A stretch of 64,000 nt of DNA from Polyangiales bacterium. Its GTDB lineage: Bacteria; Myxococcota_A; Polyangia; Polyangiales; Polyangiaceae. This document shows positions 12,293 through 21,623 of this stretch, piece after piece. The stretch is from NCBI GenBank assembly GCA_038231275.1, contig JBBRLQ010000004.1, positions 192,001 through 256,000 on the forward strand, written 5' to 3'. The notes beneath the pieces were generated by a model that saw only the letters and a list, made by a program, of their open reading frames with translations, ran no database searches and had not been told where the DNA came from. Position numbers and translations under genes: made by a program. Each line of letters begins with the position of its first letter. The first letter of the stretch is position 1.

Positions 12293-13327
12293 CTACGGAA
12301 CCGCGCCGCGTGGGCCCGTGCCGGTGACGGGCGCGGTGGTGGACATGTTCGCCGCGTGAATCTGACCGGTGAATTGGCGGAGGTTGTCGTCGGGCGTGCT
12401 GCCGTTGTTCGCCCAGTATCCGTCGGAGATCGTGATGAGCCCGTTCACCGTGGCTTGCGTCTCTTCCTCTGCGCCGCGCTGATGGTTGTTGAAGATGTTC
12501 GACGCGGTGACCGTGCGCGCGCCGTCCGTCGTGGAGCCGTACAGCATGAAGCCATAGGCGCCGTCGTGGATCGAGACGTGCGAGATGTCGAACGACGTGA
12601 CGGTGTCGAAGTGGAAGCCGCAGTGGGCCCGGCTGAAATCGGTGTAGGATACATGCACCGTCGCGGCGCCGCGCGCGGCCACGAGATCGTTGTTCTCGTT
12701 GCCGGTGCCGTGCAGCTTCGAGTCCTCGATGCTGACGGTCGCGGCGGCGTCTTGCGCGACGATGCCTTCGAAGGATGCGGCGTCGTAGTCGAGGAACGTC
12801 GCGGTGAAGCTCCCGATCACGGCGGCCGCCTTGGTCGAGCCGGCGACGGTCGCGTGCGCGACGGTGAGCTTGGCGCCCTTGTCGACCTCGAAGGGGCCTG
12901 AGGCGTCGATGGTTCCGTACTCGTACGACGCGCTTCCGCCCTGGATCGACAGCGCGGTCTCGGCGGTGGAAATGTCGGCGCCGTCAAGCTCGAGATCGCC
13001 GCCGGTGACGACGACGAGGCCGCCCCATGGCGTGCCGCCGAGCTTCGCGTGCGCGGCGCGGCTCGCGGCCTTGAGCGTCCCCGCAATGGTGACGGTGACG
13101 CCGGGCGCGAACGAGATCTTCGCGCCAGGCGCGATTGTCGCGGTACTGCCGAACGGAATCGTCACGCTCGCCGCGAAGTGCTTGCCGTCACCCCACGTGT
13201 CGTCAGCGGGAGTGCTGGTGGTCGGTCCGGGAGCGGCCTTGGAGCTGGATGAGCAGGCGACGGCGCCGGCGGCGAGCGGCACCAGCGCGAGCGCGAGCGC
13301 GGCGGAGCGAAGGGAACGGAGCAGCAT
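12293..13327 (-). CDS. lipoprotein with right-handed beta-helix-like repeats
   Basis: lipobox AVAC; IAPGAKISFAPG...WGGL; ISHVSIHDG and SNIFNN-type repeats. Confidence 0.7.
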   Translation of the reverse strand: MLLRSLRSAALALALVPLAAGAVACSSSSKAAPGPTTSTPADDTWGDGKHFAASVTIPFGSTATIAPGAKISFAPGVTVTIAGTLKAASRAAHAKLGGTPWGGLVVVTGGDLELDGADISTAETALSIQGGSASYEYGTIDASGPFEVDKGAKLTVAHATVAGSTKAAAVIGSFTATFLDYDAASFEGIVAQDAAATVSIEDSKLHGTGNENNDLVAARGAATVHVSYTDFSRAHCGFHFDTVTSFDISHVSIHDGAYGFMLYGSTTDGARTVTASNIFNNHQRGAEEETQATVNGLITISDGYWANNGSTPDDNLRQFTGQIHAANMSTTAPVTGTGPRGAVP

Positions 13328-13488
13328 GGCCCTCTGCCCTTCAAGAGGCGATCCAACCTCGCGAGAATTTCGGTTCGGTGCGGACCGCGAGTTTCTCGGC
13401 GAATCCTTCGTATAGCGACATATACCCTACACGTGGGCAAGGCCCGGGGGACCGCAGCGCTGGGCCGCACCCGATCCATCGAGGCGGA

Positions 13489-15084
13489 TCACTGGCCGAC
13501 GAGCGCGCGCTCCGCAGGGGTGCGCGCGAGAGCCGTCATGCGCGCGCGCGCGGGGATGATCGCGCGCTCGTCGCCGCGTGTCTTGGCGACGTCGAGGGCG
13601 GCGGCGGCGGCGATCGGATCGCGCGGATCGATCGCGCCGAGGCGACCGGCCTCGACGGCGTCAGGGGGCGTGCCGCGGGCGAGTGCGATCTTGGCGAGCG
13701 CGCTCGCGATCATTCCGTCGCGACGCGCGGCCGGCGAGAGCGCGCGCGCGAAGGCGAGCGCCTCGGGGGACTGCGGGCGGAGGAGAGACAGCGCGAGGAG
13801 TCGGTGACGCGGATCGACCTCGCCGTCGGCCGGGTCCGGCGAAAGGGTACGCTGGCGCGCGGCGAGCTCGATGCGCGCGTCGACCGGCAGCGTCGCGCCG
13901 TCCATGACCCCGCGCGCGGCGAGTTCGGCGGCGGCGCGCGCGAGGAGCGGATCTCCGGGCTCTCCGGTCGGGCCGCCCGTCGCCACGGCGAATCGGCGCG
14001 CGGCGTCCACGCCCACGACGTCCGCGAGGCGCTCGGCGAAGGCCGCGACCGCGGCGAACGGAACGTCCCCGGCGGGGGCCTTCGCTCCCTGAAAGACGCG
14101 CGCGAGATCCGCAGGATCGAGATCACCCGCCGCTGCGAGCACCATGCGCGCACCGGCTGCCTTCGGATCGGCTGCGGCCACCGGCGCTGCGAGCTGTCGG
14201 GCCATGCGCCGATCGCCGAGGAGCAGCGCGCGCGCCGCGGCCTCTTCCAGGCCGAGGCGTCCGCGTGTCGCGCGAAGGCGGACTTGCTCCACGTCGCCTT
14301 CGGAGATCGCGGCGTCGAGTGCGAGGCGCGCCGCAGCCGGTGAGACGCCCGGTCCGTCCGCGTCCACCGCGGCCGCAGCGACGACGCGCGCCGCCTGCGC
14401 CTCCCCTTCCCCTGCGAGCTTCACCGCGCGATCGCCGAACGCGCGGCGCTGGCCCGGCGAGTGCCGCACGGCCTCCGCGAGCGCGCGTGCCATGAGCACC
14501 GAGTCGTCGTGCGCGCGACCCCACGCGGCGAGCGCCTCCCACGCGGCGACGCTCTCGCGATGAACGAGCGTGAGCGCGACCAGGCGATCGCGCGCGGCCG
14601 CCACGTCTCCGCTCGACTCCGCCGCGCGCGCGAGTACGAGCTGCGGCGCGATCGCGCGAGGATCTTCACGCGACGCACGGAGCGCGGCCTCCGCGGCGGC
14701 TCGCGCGCCTCCTGTCGGATCGCGGAGCGTCGCGCACCTCGCGCGCGCCTCCCACGCCGGCGCGTACCCGGAGTCGATCGCGAGCGCCCGCGAGATCGCC
14801 CGCTCCGCCCCCTCGTCCGACGCGCGCATCCTGCACCGTACGTCGCCGATCCGCGTCCACACCTCGGGATCCGACGGATCGCGCTCGGCGGTCTCCGCGT
14901 ACGCGGCGAGGGCCCCCGCGAGATCGCCCGCCGCTTCGGCGATCGCGCCGCGCAAGAACGACGCGTAGACCTCCGGCTCCACGAACGCGCCGGCCACGAG
15001 CCGCCCGTCGACGACACGCACCACGTCGGGGCTCGCGCCGCACGCTTGGACCGCGAGCGCCGCCGCGACGAAGAGTCCCTTCAC
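13489..15084 (-). CDS. TPR-like alpha-helical lipoprotein
   Basis: GTGA overlap with hisC stop; lipobox VQAC; TPR-like segments (DPEVWTRIG, ALAIDSGYAPAW). Confidence 0.7.
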   Translation of the reverse strand: MKGLFVAAALAVQACGASPDVVRVVDGRLVAGAFVEPEVYASFLRGAIAEAAGDLAGALAAYAETAERDPSDPEVWTRIGDVRCRMRASDEGAERAISRALAIDSGYAPAWEARARCATLRDPTGGARAAAEAALRASREDPRAIAPQLVLARAAESSGDVAAARDRLVALTLVHRESVAAWEALAAWGRAHDDSVLMARALAEAVRHSPGQRRAFGDRAVKLAGEGEAQAARVVAAAAVDADGPGVSPAAARLALDAAISEGDVEQVRLRATRGRLGLEEAAARALLLGDRRMARQLAAPVAAADPKAAGARMVLAAAGDLDPADLARVFQGAKAPAGDVPFAAVAAFAERLADVVGVDAARRFAVATGGPTGEPGDPLLARAAAELAARGVMDGATLPVDARIELAARQRTLSPDPADGEVDPRHRLLALSLLRPQSPEALAFARALSPAARRDGMIASALAKIALARGTPPDAVEAGRLGAIDPRDPIAAAAALDVAKTRGDERAIIPARARMTALARTPAERALVGQ

Positions 15085-16175
15085 GCCGCGCACGTGCGGA
15101 GCCCCTCCAAGAGCAGATCGTCGTGCTCGGGGGAGCCGATCGTCACGCGAAGCTGCTGGGCCATGCGCCCCCCGGTCGCATGGAAGCTGCGGACCAGCAC
15201 GCCGCGCGCGCGCAGGTGCTCCATGACCTGGTCCGCGGGACGCGGCGCCTTCACCCACAAGAAATTTGCGGCGCTCGGCGTGACCTCGAACCCTGGAAGC
15301 GCGGCGATCGCCTCGGCGACGCGCGCCCGCTCGCGGACGATCGCGGCGGTGTGCTCGCCGACCTCGTCCCACGCGTCCTCGAGGACCGCGGCGGCGGCGG
15401 CCTGGCTCGTGGCGCTCACGTTGAAGGGCTGGCGCGCCTTGTCGATTTGCGCGACGAGCTCCGCGTCGGCCTCGAGCCAGCCGACCCGAAGCGCGGCGAG
15501 GCCCACTTTGCTGAGCGTGCGGAGGACGCCCACGTTCGGGAATCTCTCGCGAAGGCTCCGCAGCGACTCGCCCGCGTAGTCGATGTACGCCTCGTCGATG
15601 ACCACGAACGATTCTGCCGCGGCCTCGAGGATCTTCACGATGCGATCCTGGCTCATGCGGTTGCCGGTCGGGTTGTTGGGCGTCGCGATGTAGATGACGT
15701 TCGGGCGTGTCACCTCGATCGCGCGCGTCATCATCGCGACGTCGAGATCCCACGCCTGGTCCAGCGGCACCGCGACGGGCTTGAGGCCGTGGGCGCGCGC
15801 CGTGATGCGGTACATCACGAACGTCGGGATCGGCGACAGAATCGTGGCTTGCGGCGCTCCTTCACGCGGCCTCGCGAGCGCCGTGGACAGCAACGCGATG
15901 ACCTCGTCCGAGCCGGTGCCCACGAGCAAATCCTCCGCGGCCGCGCCGGTGCGCGCGGCGATCGCCGCCTTGAGACGCGACGCGCGCGCGTCGGGGTACC
16001 GTTCGAGCGCGAGCTCCGTCACCGCGCGGCGCACGACCTCGGCGATCTTGGGAGATCGCGGGGCCGGCGCCTCGTTGGCGTCGAGCCGCGCCACGATCCC
16101 CGACGAATCGCCTGGAACGTACGCCGCGAGATCGAAGAGCTCGCGTCGGAGCAGCGCCGAGAGGTGCTCGTTCAC
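15081..16175 (-). CDS. hisC: histidinol-phosphate aminotransferase
   Basis: LDANE, YPD, GSDEVI, PNNPTGN, IDEAY, RTLSK.GLAALRVG. Confidence 0.92.
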   Translation of the reverse strand: MNEHLSALLRRELFDLAAYVPGDSSGIVARLDANEAPAPRSPKIAEVVRRAVTELALERYPDARASRLKAAIAARTGAAAEDLLVGTGSDEVIALLSTALARPREGAPQATILSPIPTFVMYRITARAHGLKPVAVPLDQAWDLDVAMMTRAIEVTRPNVIYIATPNNPTGNRMSQDRIVKILEAAAESFVVIDEAYIDYAGESLRSLRERFPNVGVLRTLSKVGLAALRVGWLEADAELVAQIDKARQPFNVSATSQAAAAAVLEDAWDEVGEHTAAIVRERARVAEAIAALPGFEVTPSAANFLWVKAPRPADQVMEHLRARGVLVRSFHATGGRMAQQLRVTIGSPEHDDLLLEGLRTCAA

Positions 16176-16231
16176 ACCCTCGAATCTACCATACGGCCGA
16201 GGACTGTACGGTCACGAGCGCTACGCTCCGC

Positions 16232-17686
16232 TCAGCGGATCGGAGGCTGCGTGAACCCGCCGCCGCTCGGCTGTGAGCCGTAGCCGCCGTAGTCGATCGT
16301 GTCGTCGCCACATCCCGCGATGCAGCCGCCGCAGGTCGGGCCGTTGCACCCCGCGCCGTCGCCGCCGACCGAAGGCGCGTTCTGCGCGCCCGAGGAGCCG
16401 ACCGGAGGCATCACGCCGCCCGATCCGCTCGACTCCGGCGGGATGTTGCTCGGGCTGTTGTTTGGGCACGAGCCCCAGCAGTTTCCGGAGCCGCCGCCCA
16501 TCGGCGGGACGAGGACGCCGGTGCCGCTGCCGCCGCTCGATCCCGTCTGGCCGTTGCCGGTAGAGCCGCTCGACGAGCCGACCGGAGGCGTCGTGCCGCC
16601 CGTGCCGCTGCCGCTCGAGCCGCCGAAGCCGGAGCTGGACCCGCCTCCCGAGCTGGTGCCGAAGCCGGAGCTGCCGCCCGACGAGCTGCCGCCGCCCTCG
16701 GGGGGCGGTCCTTCACAGTCACCGCCGCCGCCCGAAGAGCTTCCGCTCGACGATCCACCGCCGCTCGACGTGCTCCCACCGCTCGATGTGCTCCCGCCGT
16801 GCCCGCTGGACCCGCTGGACCCGCTGGACCCGCTGGACCCGCTGGAGCTGCTCGAGCTCGACGAGGATCCGCCGCTGCTCGATCCCGTGGTCGAGCCGCT
16901 CGAGCTGCTGCTGGAGCTGCCCGGATGGCACGACGTGGTGAAGGCGATCGGGTGATTGTTGTGGCAGAGGACCTTGCTCTGCGTCCATCGCCCCATCACG
17001 TCGACGCGCGCGATGTGCATCATGCCGGTCTGCTCGCCCTTGCCGGAGACGACGCCGTAGATGATGTTCGTTTGCGGGTCGATGAGCGCGCCGCCGGTGT
17101 CCACCGTCTCGCCGGCGCCGAACGCGCCGAGGTAGTCGTACGCGAAGCCCTTGCTCGTGCCGAGCTCGACCTCGCCTTGAACGGCCTCGAACGTCGCGTT
17201 GGCGGCGGTGACATCGACGCGGCGCATGCGCTGGACCGCGGTGGAACCGTCGTACGCGGCGGTGGCGAGCGTCGGGTAATGATCGAGCGCGATCGCTTTC
17301 TCGAGGATGACGAGGCCGAGGTCGACGTGGAGGTTGTGCGACTTGTTCGACTGGAAATTCTTCCAGTCGTACGTGACGCCGCGGTACCCGGTGACCGTTC
17401 CGCTGTGGACGGCCGGGGCGTTCACCGCCCACTTGACCGCGCTCGCCACGCAGTGGCCCGCGGTGATGACCGTGGTCGGCCCGATCAGCGTGCCCGAGCA
17501 CGTCGTGACTTGCTTGCCGCCGGCGTCGTAGGCGATGAGCGCCACGTTCGCCTTCGACGTCGCGTCGGAGACCTGCACTCCGGCCCCAGAATTCGACGAG
17601 TCGCCGCACGCGATCAAGAGCCCGACGAGGCCCGACACGCCGAGCGCGGCCTTCGACACGTACATCGACGAACGCTTGATGCCCAT
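16232..17686 (-). CDS. trypsin-like (S1) lipoprotein with Ser/Gly-rich stalk; nucleophile Ser replaced by Thr
   Basis: lipobox LIAC; CSGTLIGP..VITAGHC; DLGLVIL; VDTGGAL in place of GDSGGP. Confidence 0.8.
   Translation of the reverse strand: MGIKRSSMYVSKAALGVSGLVGLLIACGDSSNSGAGVQVSDATSKANVALIAYDAGGKQVTTCSGTLIGPTTVITAGHCVASAVKWAVNAPAVHSGTVTGYRGVTYDWKNFQSNKSHNLHVDLGLVILEKAIALDHYPTLATAAYDGSTAVQRMRRVDVTAANATFEAVQGEVELGTSKGFAYDYLGAFGAGETVDTGGALIDPQTNIIYGVVSGKGEQTGMMHIARVDVMGRWTQSKVLCHNNHPIAFTTSCHPGSSSSSSSGSTTGSSSGGSSSSSSSSSGSSGSSGSSGSSGHGGSTSSGGSTSSGGGSSSGSSSGGGGDCEGPPPEGGGSSSGGSSGFGTSSGGGSSSGFGGSSGSGTGGTTPPVGSSSGSTGNGQTGSSGGSGTGVLVPPMGGGSGNCWGSCPNNSPSNIPPESSGSGGVMPPVGSSGAQNAPSVGGDGAGCNGPTCGGCIAGCGDDTIDYGGYGSQPSGGGFTQPPIR
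16802..16846. repeat. 9-bp coding tandem repeat (CCCGCTGGA)x5 encoding Ser-Ser-Gly
   Basis: read directly from sequence. Confidence 0.85.
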
Positions 17687-17971
17687 GAGCTCCTCCAGAT
17701 CCAGAACGAGAATCGTCGGTGACGCGACGCTCTCTACGCATTGCACGGGCAAGGCCAATTGTTGCCACCGCGAATTCGCGGAGGATTCGCGCGCGCGGCG
17801 TCGCAGGTGCGGTGCGATGCCCTCACCGTGGATCGGGTTTGGCTCGGCAGTCCGGACCTGTGGGACAACGCGAAGGCGTCGATCGGTGCTCGCACGATCC
17901 GGGCATTCGCTGGAACTGTGCATCTTCCCTGCAATCCTGGCGTGGCCTTCTTCGTGCACAGTCTCAGCGGA

Positions 17972-18736
17972 ATGCGCTTCGAAAAGATCTCGGTCGTCGC
18001 GGCGGGCATCGCCCTCTCCGCGTCGCTCCTCCTCGCGGCCGCAGCGTGCAGCTCCAGCTCCGGATCCGCGACGTTCGGACCGGATCCCGACGCGTCCCCC
18101 GAGGCCGCCGCCGGCGACACCGGCTTCTTCCAGGTCGACGCCGGTGACGGATCGCGCGACGCCCCGACGACCTGCGCTCCTGCGCTTCCTCCGAGCTTCG
18201 CGCCGACGTGGAAGGCGCCGGGCGTGGATTTGACGGCGTGCAAGGCCGCCGATCTCACCGGGTACGCCGCGGCGTGCCTCGGTCAGCCGTACGACGTCGC
18301 GAAGTGCGACGCGTTCAAGGCGACCAACGCGAAGTGCGCCGCGTGCGTCGAGTCCGACTCCGCCGCCGCGCAGCAGGCCCCCATCCTCTGGCACCAGGCG
18401 CGCGCCTATTTCACGCTCGACATCGCCGGCTGCATCGCCATCGAGGCGAAGGACACGACCGGCACCGGATGCGCCGCCGCGTACCAGGCGATCATCTCGT
18501 GCAAGGAGCTCTCGTGCGAGAGCTGCTTCTCGATCCAAAACCCCACGTTCGAGACGTTCGCGGCATGCGAGAAGGCCGCCGGCACCGGCGTGTGCGCGAC
18601 GTACGGCACGACGGAGTCCACCAAGTGCGCCAACGTCCACGACGCCGCCGCGCCGACGTCCGCGTGCTTCCCTGGGGCGACCGACACGACCGTCGATCTC
18701 TTCCTCAAGATCGCTCCACTCTTCTGCGGCGGCTGA
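17972..18736 (+). CDS. Cys-rich lipoprotein
   Basis: signal peptide ending AAAC; 16 further Cys; ends LFCGG. Confidence 0.8.
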   Translation: MRFEKISVVAAGIALSASLLLAAAACSSSSGSATFGPDPDASPEAAAGDTGFFQVDAGDGSRDAPTTCAPALPPSFAPTWKAPGVDLTACKAADLTGYAAACLGQPYDVAKCDAFKATNAKCAACVESDSAAAQQAPILWHQARAYFTLDIAGCIAIEAKDTTGTGCAAAYQAIISCKELSCESCFSIQNPTFETFAACEKAAGTGVCATYGTTESTKCANVHDAAAPTSACFPGATDTTVDLFLKIAPLFCGG

Positions 18737-18751
18737 CGGGCGCTGCTCGGC

Positions 18752-21550
18752 CTAGCGCTCGCGCTCGCGGCGGTCAGCGCGCGAGAAGTCGCTGCCGCCT
18801 TCGAGATCGGCGGCGCTGACGTCTTCCATCGACTCGCGGTTCTCGTGCTTGTGGGCCGTCTCGGCCTCGCGGAGGCGCTCGGCGATCTCGATGAGGCGGC
18901 GCTCGACGCGGCCGAAGACGCTCGCAGCCGGGAAGCGGCCGGACGGATCGCGCTGGCCCGCCGGAACGCCGGTGAGCATCTCGATGCCTTGCTGGACCGA
19001 GTCGACGGCGTAGAGGTGGAATTTCTCGGCCTCGATCGCGCGCGCGACGTCCTCGCGCAGGACGAGGTGGCGAAGATTGGGGCGGGGCAACAGCACGCCT
19101 TGATGGCCCGTGAGGCCGCGCGCGGCGCAGAGCTCGAAGAAGCCCTCGATTTTGGCGCACACGCCGCCGATCGCCTGCATCTCGCCGAGCTGGTTGACGC
19201 TGCCGGTCACCGCCACGCTCTGATCGATCGGCAAGTCCGCGAGCGCCGAGAGCACCGCGAAGAGCTCCGACGAAGAGGCGCTGTCGCCGTCGATCTCGCC
19301 GTAGCTCTGCTCGAAGGCGAGCTGTGCGCGGAGAGAGAGCGGGCGCTCCTGCCCGAACATGCGCGAGAGGTAGCCGCGCAGGATGGCGACCCCCTTGGTG
19401 TGGATGGCGCCGCCGAGCTGGGATTCGCGCTCGACGTCGATGATGCCCTCGCGGCCGAGCGCGACGACCGCGGTGATGCGCATCGGCTGGCCGAACTCGA
19501 CGTCGCCCGCCGAATAGACGGAGAGGCCGTTGACGACGCCGACGCGCGCGCCGACCGTGTCGAGCGCCACCTCGCCGCGCAGGGTGAGCTCGCGGATGTG
19601 GCGCTCGGCAGCGCCCGCGCGATCACGGCGCTCGCGCCAGGCGATCTCGATGTCGTCGGCGGTCACGACGCTCGACTCGGGCGGGACGACGCTGGGCCTG
19701 AGCGACGGCGGACCGCCTTCGTGGCCTGCGATGCGATCCTCGTCGTCGTGGGTCGCGCGCGCGGCGGCGAGCGCGCTCGCGAAGGCGGCGGTCTCTTCGA
19801 GCGGCGCGAGCGAGAGGCTCAAGCGATCCTGCTCGCCGGCGAGGCGCGTGGCCAGGTCGAGGAGGCGCGCGCGCGCGGCGCGATCGAAGGCGCCCCATTC
19901 CCGCTCGCGCGCCATGTTCATGAGGTACCCGTCGAGGCGCACGAGCGACTCCGGCGAGCGCGGGATCGACGGCTCGATCTCGACCTTCACGCGGAAGAGC
20001 GACGCAAAATCGGCGTCCGCCTCGAGGAGCGCCGCGTACAGCTCGGGCGATCCGACGAGGACGACGCGCACGCGAATGGGCACCGGCACGGGGCGGAGCG
20101 ACGTCGCGTACACGCCGAGCGGACCGAGCGGATCCTCGGCGCCAATCTGACGCTCGCGAAGGACGCGCTTCATGCGCTCCCAGATGATCGGGTCGGCCAT
20201 CAAATCGGCCGCGCGCACCACGAGCACGCCGCCCGACGCCTTGTGCATCGAGCCCGCGCGGATGCGCGTGAAATCGGTGAGGAGCGCTCCGAAGCGCGCG
20301 CGGCGCTCGAGGTAGCCGAAGAGGTTCGGGTACGTCGGGTTCGTCTCGTAGATGACTGGCGGCCGCGCGTCCGGCTCGTGCGTGACGAGCTGGTTAACCT
20401 TGAAGCGCTGCAATCGCGTCGCGTGCTCGGGATCGGTCTCGTGGCTGCCGTCGTCGGCCTCGCCCTCCTCGGAGCTGCCGGTCGGCTGAACGAGATCTTC
20501 CCAGTCGTCTTTGAGCGCCTTCTCGACGCGATCGAAGTACGGGTGCAGCGTCTCGTCGGCGACGCCGGCGAACGCCTCTTTCAGCTCTTTGACCGCGTGC
20601 TCGATGAGCGCCTCGGCGGCCTCGCCGAACGCCTGGTCACGCGCCTGTTGGAAACGCGCGCTCTGCTGGCGCACCATCTGCGCCGATTTTTCGACCTCGG
20701 TCGTCAGGCGCTCTTCGGCGTCCGCGAGGGCGCGCTTGGTCGACTCGTCGAGGACGTCGAACTGCTCGGCGCTGACCGGCTTGCCGTGGAGGATCGGGAA
20801 CGTCTGCACGCCGCCCTGCACCGAGCGGATGCCGAAGCCGAGCGTCCTTGCGGTCGACTCGAGATCGGTGATGACGGCGCGGTTCTTCGTCTCGAGCTCG
20901 CGCGCGAGCTGGGCCTGGGCGTCTCGGAGCGCTTCGATTTCGCCGAGGGCGACGATCTCGTGGCCGAGCCGCTCGACCAGCGCGTCGAGCCCCTGCACGA
21001 GCGCAGGCCCGGCGCCGGCCGGAAGGAGAAGAGGGCGTGGCGCCTCGGGGTGCTCGAAATCGTGGACGTACACGATGTCGGGCGGCGACGAGCGCTTTGT
21101 GCCGAAGCGGGTCGCATGGCGGACGATGTCGTCCTCGATCATGACCTGCGGCTCGGCGGCCACGAACGCGTGGAACATGGGCTCGCGCGCGGCGAGACCC
21201 AACTCGAGCGCTCGACGGGCCACGGTCCCCACGAGGCTGAACAGACCCCCGGTTTCCGCAGGTTCTTCGGGCAAAAGCGCGGGATCCGTGGCCACTGTGA
21301 CCGCGTTCGAGGCGACCCGGAACGGATCGCGCCCGCGACCGATCGACGGCTCCTCCGACCACGAGAGGGTCGGGCTCGACGTGCGATCCATCGGAATTCG
21401 CGGGGATTCCGTGCCTCCCAAGTCCTTCGCGACGACCGCGGCCGACGTCGTCGCGCCCGTCAACGTCGGGGCAGACCCGTTCTTTGCGGGCGGCGCGCCT
21501 GGCGAGCTCTGCCCCGGAAGGGTGGACGGCGGTGAGCGTCGTTGCGACAT
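18752..21550 (-). CDS. Lon-like (LonC/YcbZ-type) S16 protease
   Basis: NPTYPNLFG, GSMHKASGG, FEQSYGEIDGDSASS, AVTGSVNQ.G, KIEGFF; start uncertain. Confidence 0.9.
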   Translation of the reverse strand: MSQRRSPPSTLPGQSSPGAPPAKNGSAPTLTGATTSAAVVAKDLGGTESPRIPMDRTSSPTLSWSEEPSIGRGRDPFRVASNAVTVATDPALLPEEPAETGGLFSLVGTVARRALELGLAAREPMFHAFVAAEPQVMIEDDIVRHATRFGTKRSSPPDIVYVHDFEHPEAPRPLLLPAGAGPALVQGLDALVERLGHEIVALGEIEALRDAQAQLARELETKNRAVITDLESTARTLGFGIRSVQGGVQTFPILHGKPVSAEQFDVLDESTKRALADAEERLTTEVEKSAQMVRQQSARFQQARDQAFGEAAEALIEHAVKELKEAFAGVADETLHPYFDRVEKALKDDWEDLVQPTGSSEEGEADDGSHETDPEHATRLQRFKVNQLVTHEPDARPPVIYETNPTYPNLFGYLERRARFGALLTDFTRIRAGSMHKASGGVLVVRAADLMADPIIWERMKRVLRERQIGAEDPLGPLGVYATSLRPVPVPIRVRVVLVGSPELYAALLEADADFASLFRVKVEIEPSIPRSPESLVRLDGYLMNMAREREWGAFDRAARARLLDLATRLAGEQDRLSLSLAPLEETAAFASALAAARATHDDEDRIAGHEGGPPSLRPSVVPPESSVVTADDIEIAWRERRDRAGAAERHIRELTLRGEVALDTVGARVGVVNGLSVYSAGDVEFGQPMRITAVVALGREGIIDVERESQLGGAIHTKGVAILRGYLSRMFGQERPLSLRAQLAFEQSYGEIDGDSASSSELFAVLSALADLPIDQSVAVTGSVNQLGEMQAIGGVCAKIEGFFELCAARGLTGHQGVLLPRPNLRHLVLREDVARAIEAEKFHLYAVDSVQQGIEMLTGVPAGQRDPSGRFPAASVFGRVERRLIEIAERLREAETAHKHENRESMEDVSAADLEGGSDFSRADRRERER

Positions 21551-21623
21551 GCGAGGTGTCACCGAAAGGTTACCAGGTCCCGCTTTGTTGGGCCCTAGCA
21601 TTCTTCAGGAAAGCCACGCTACG

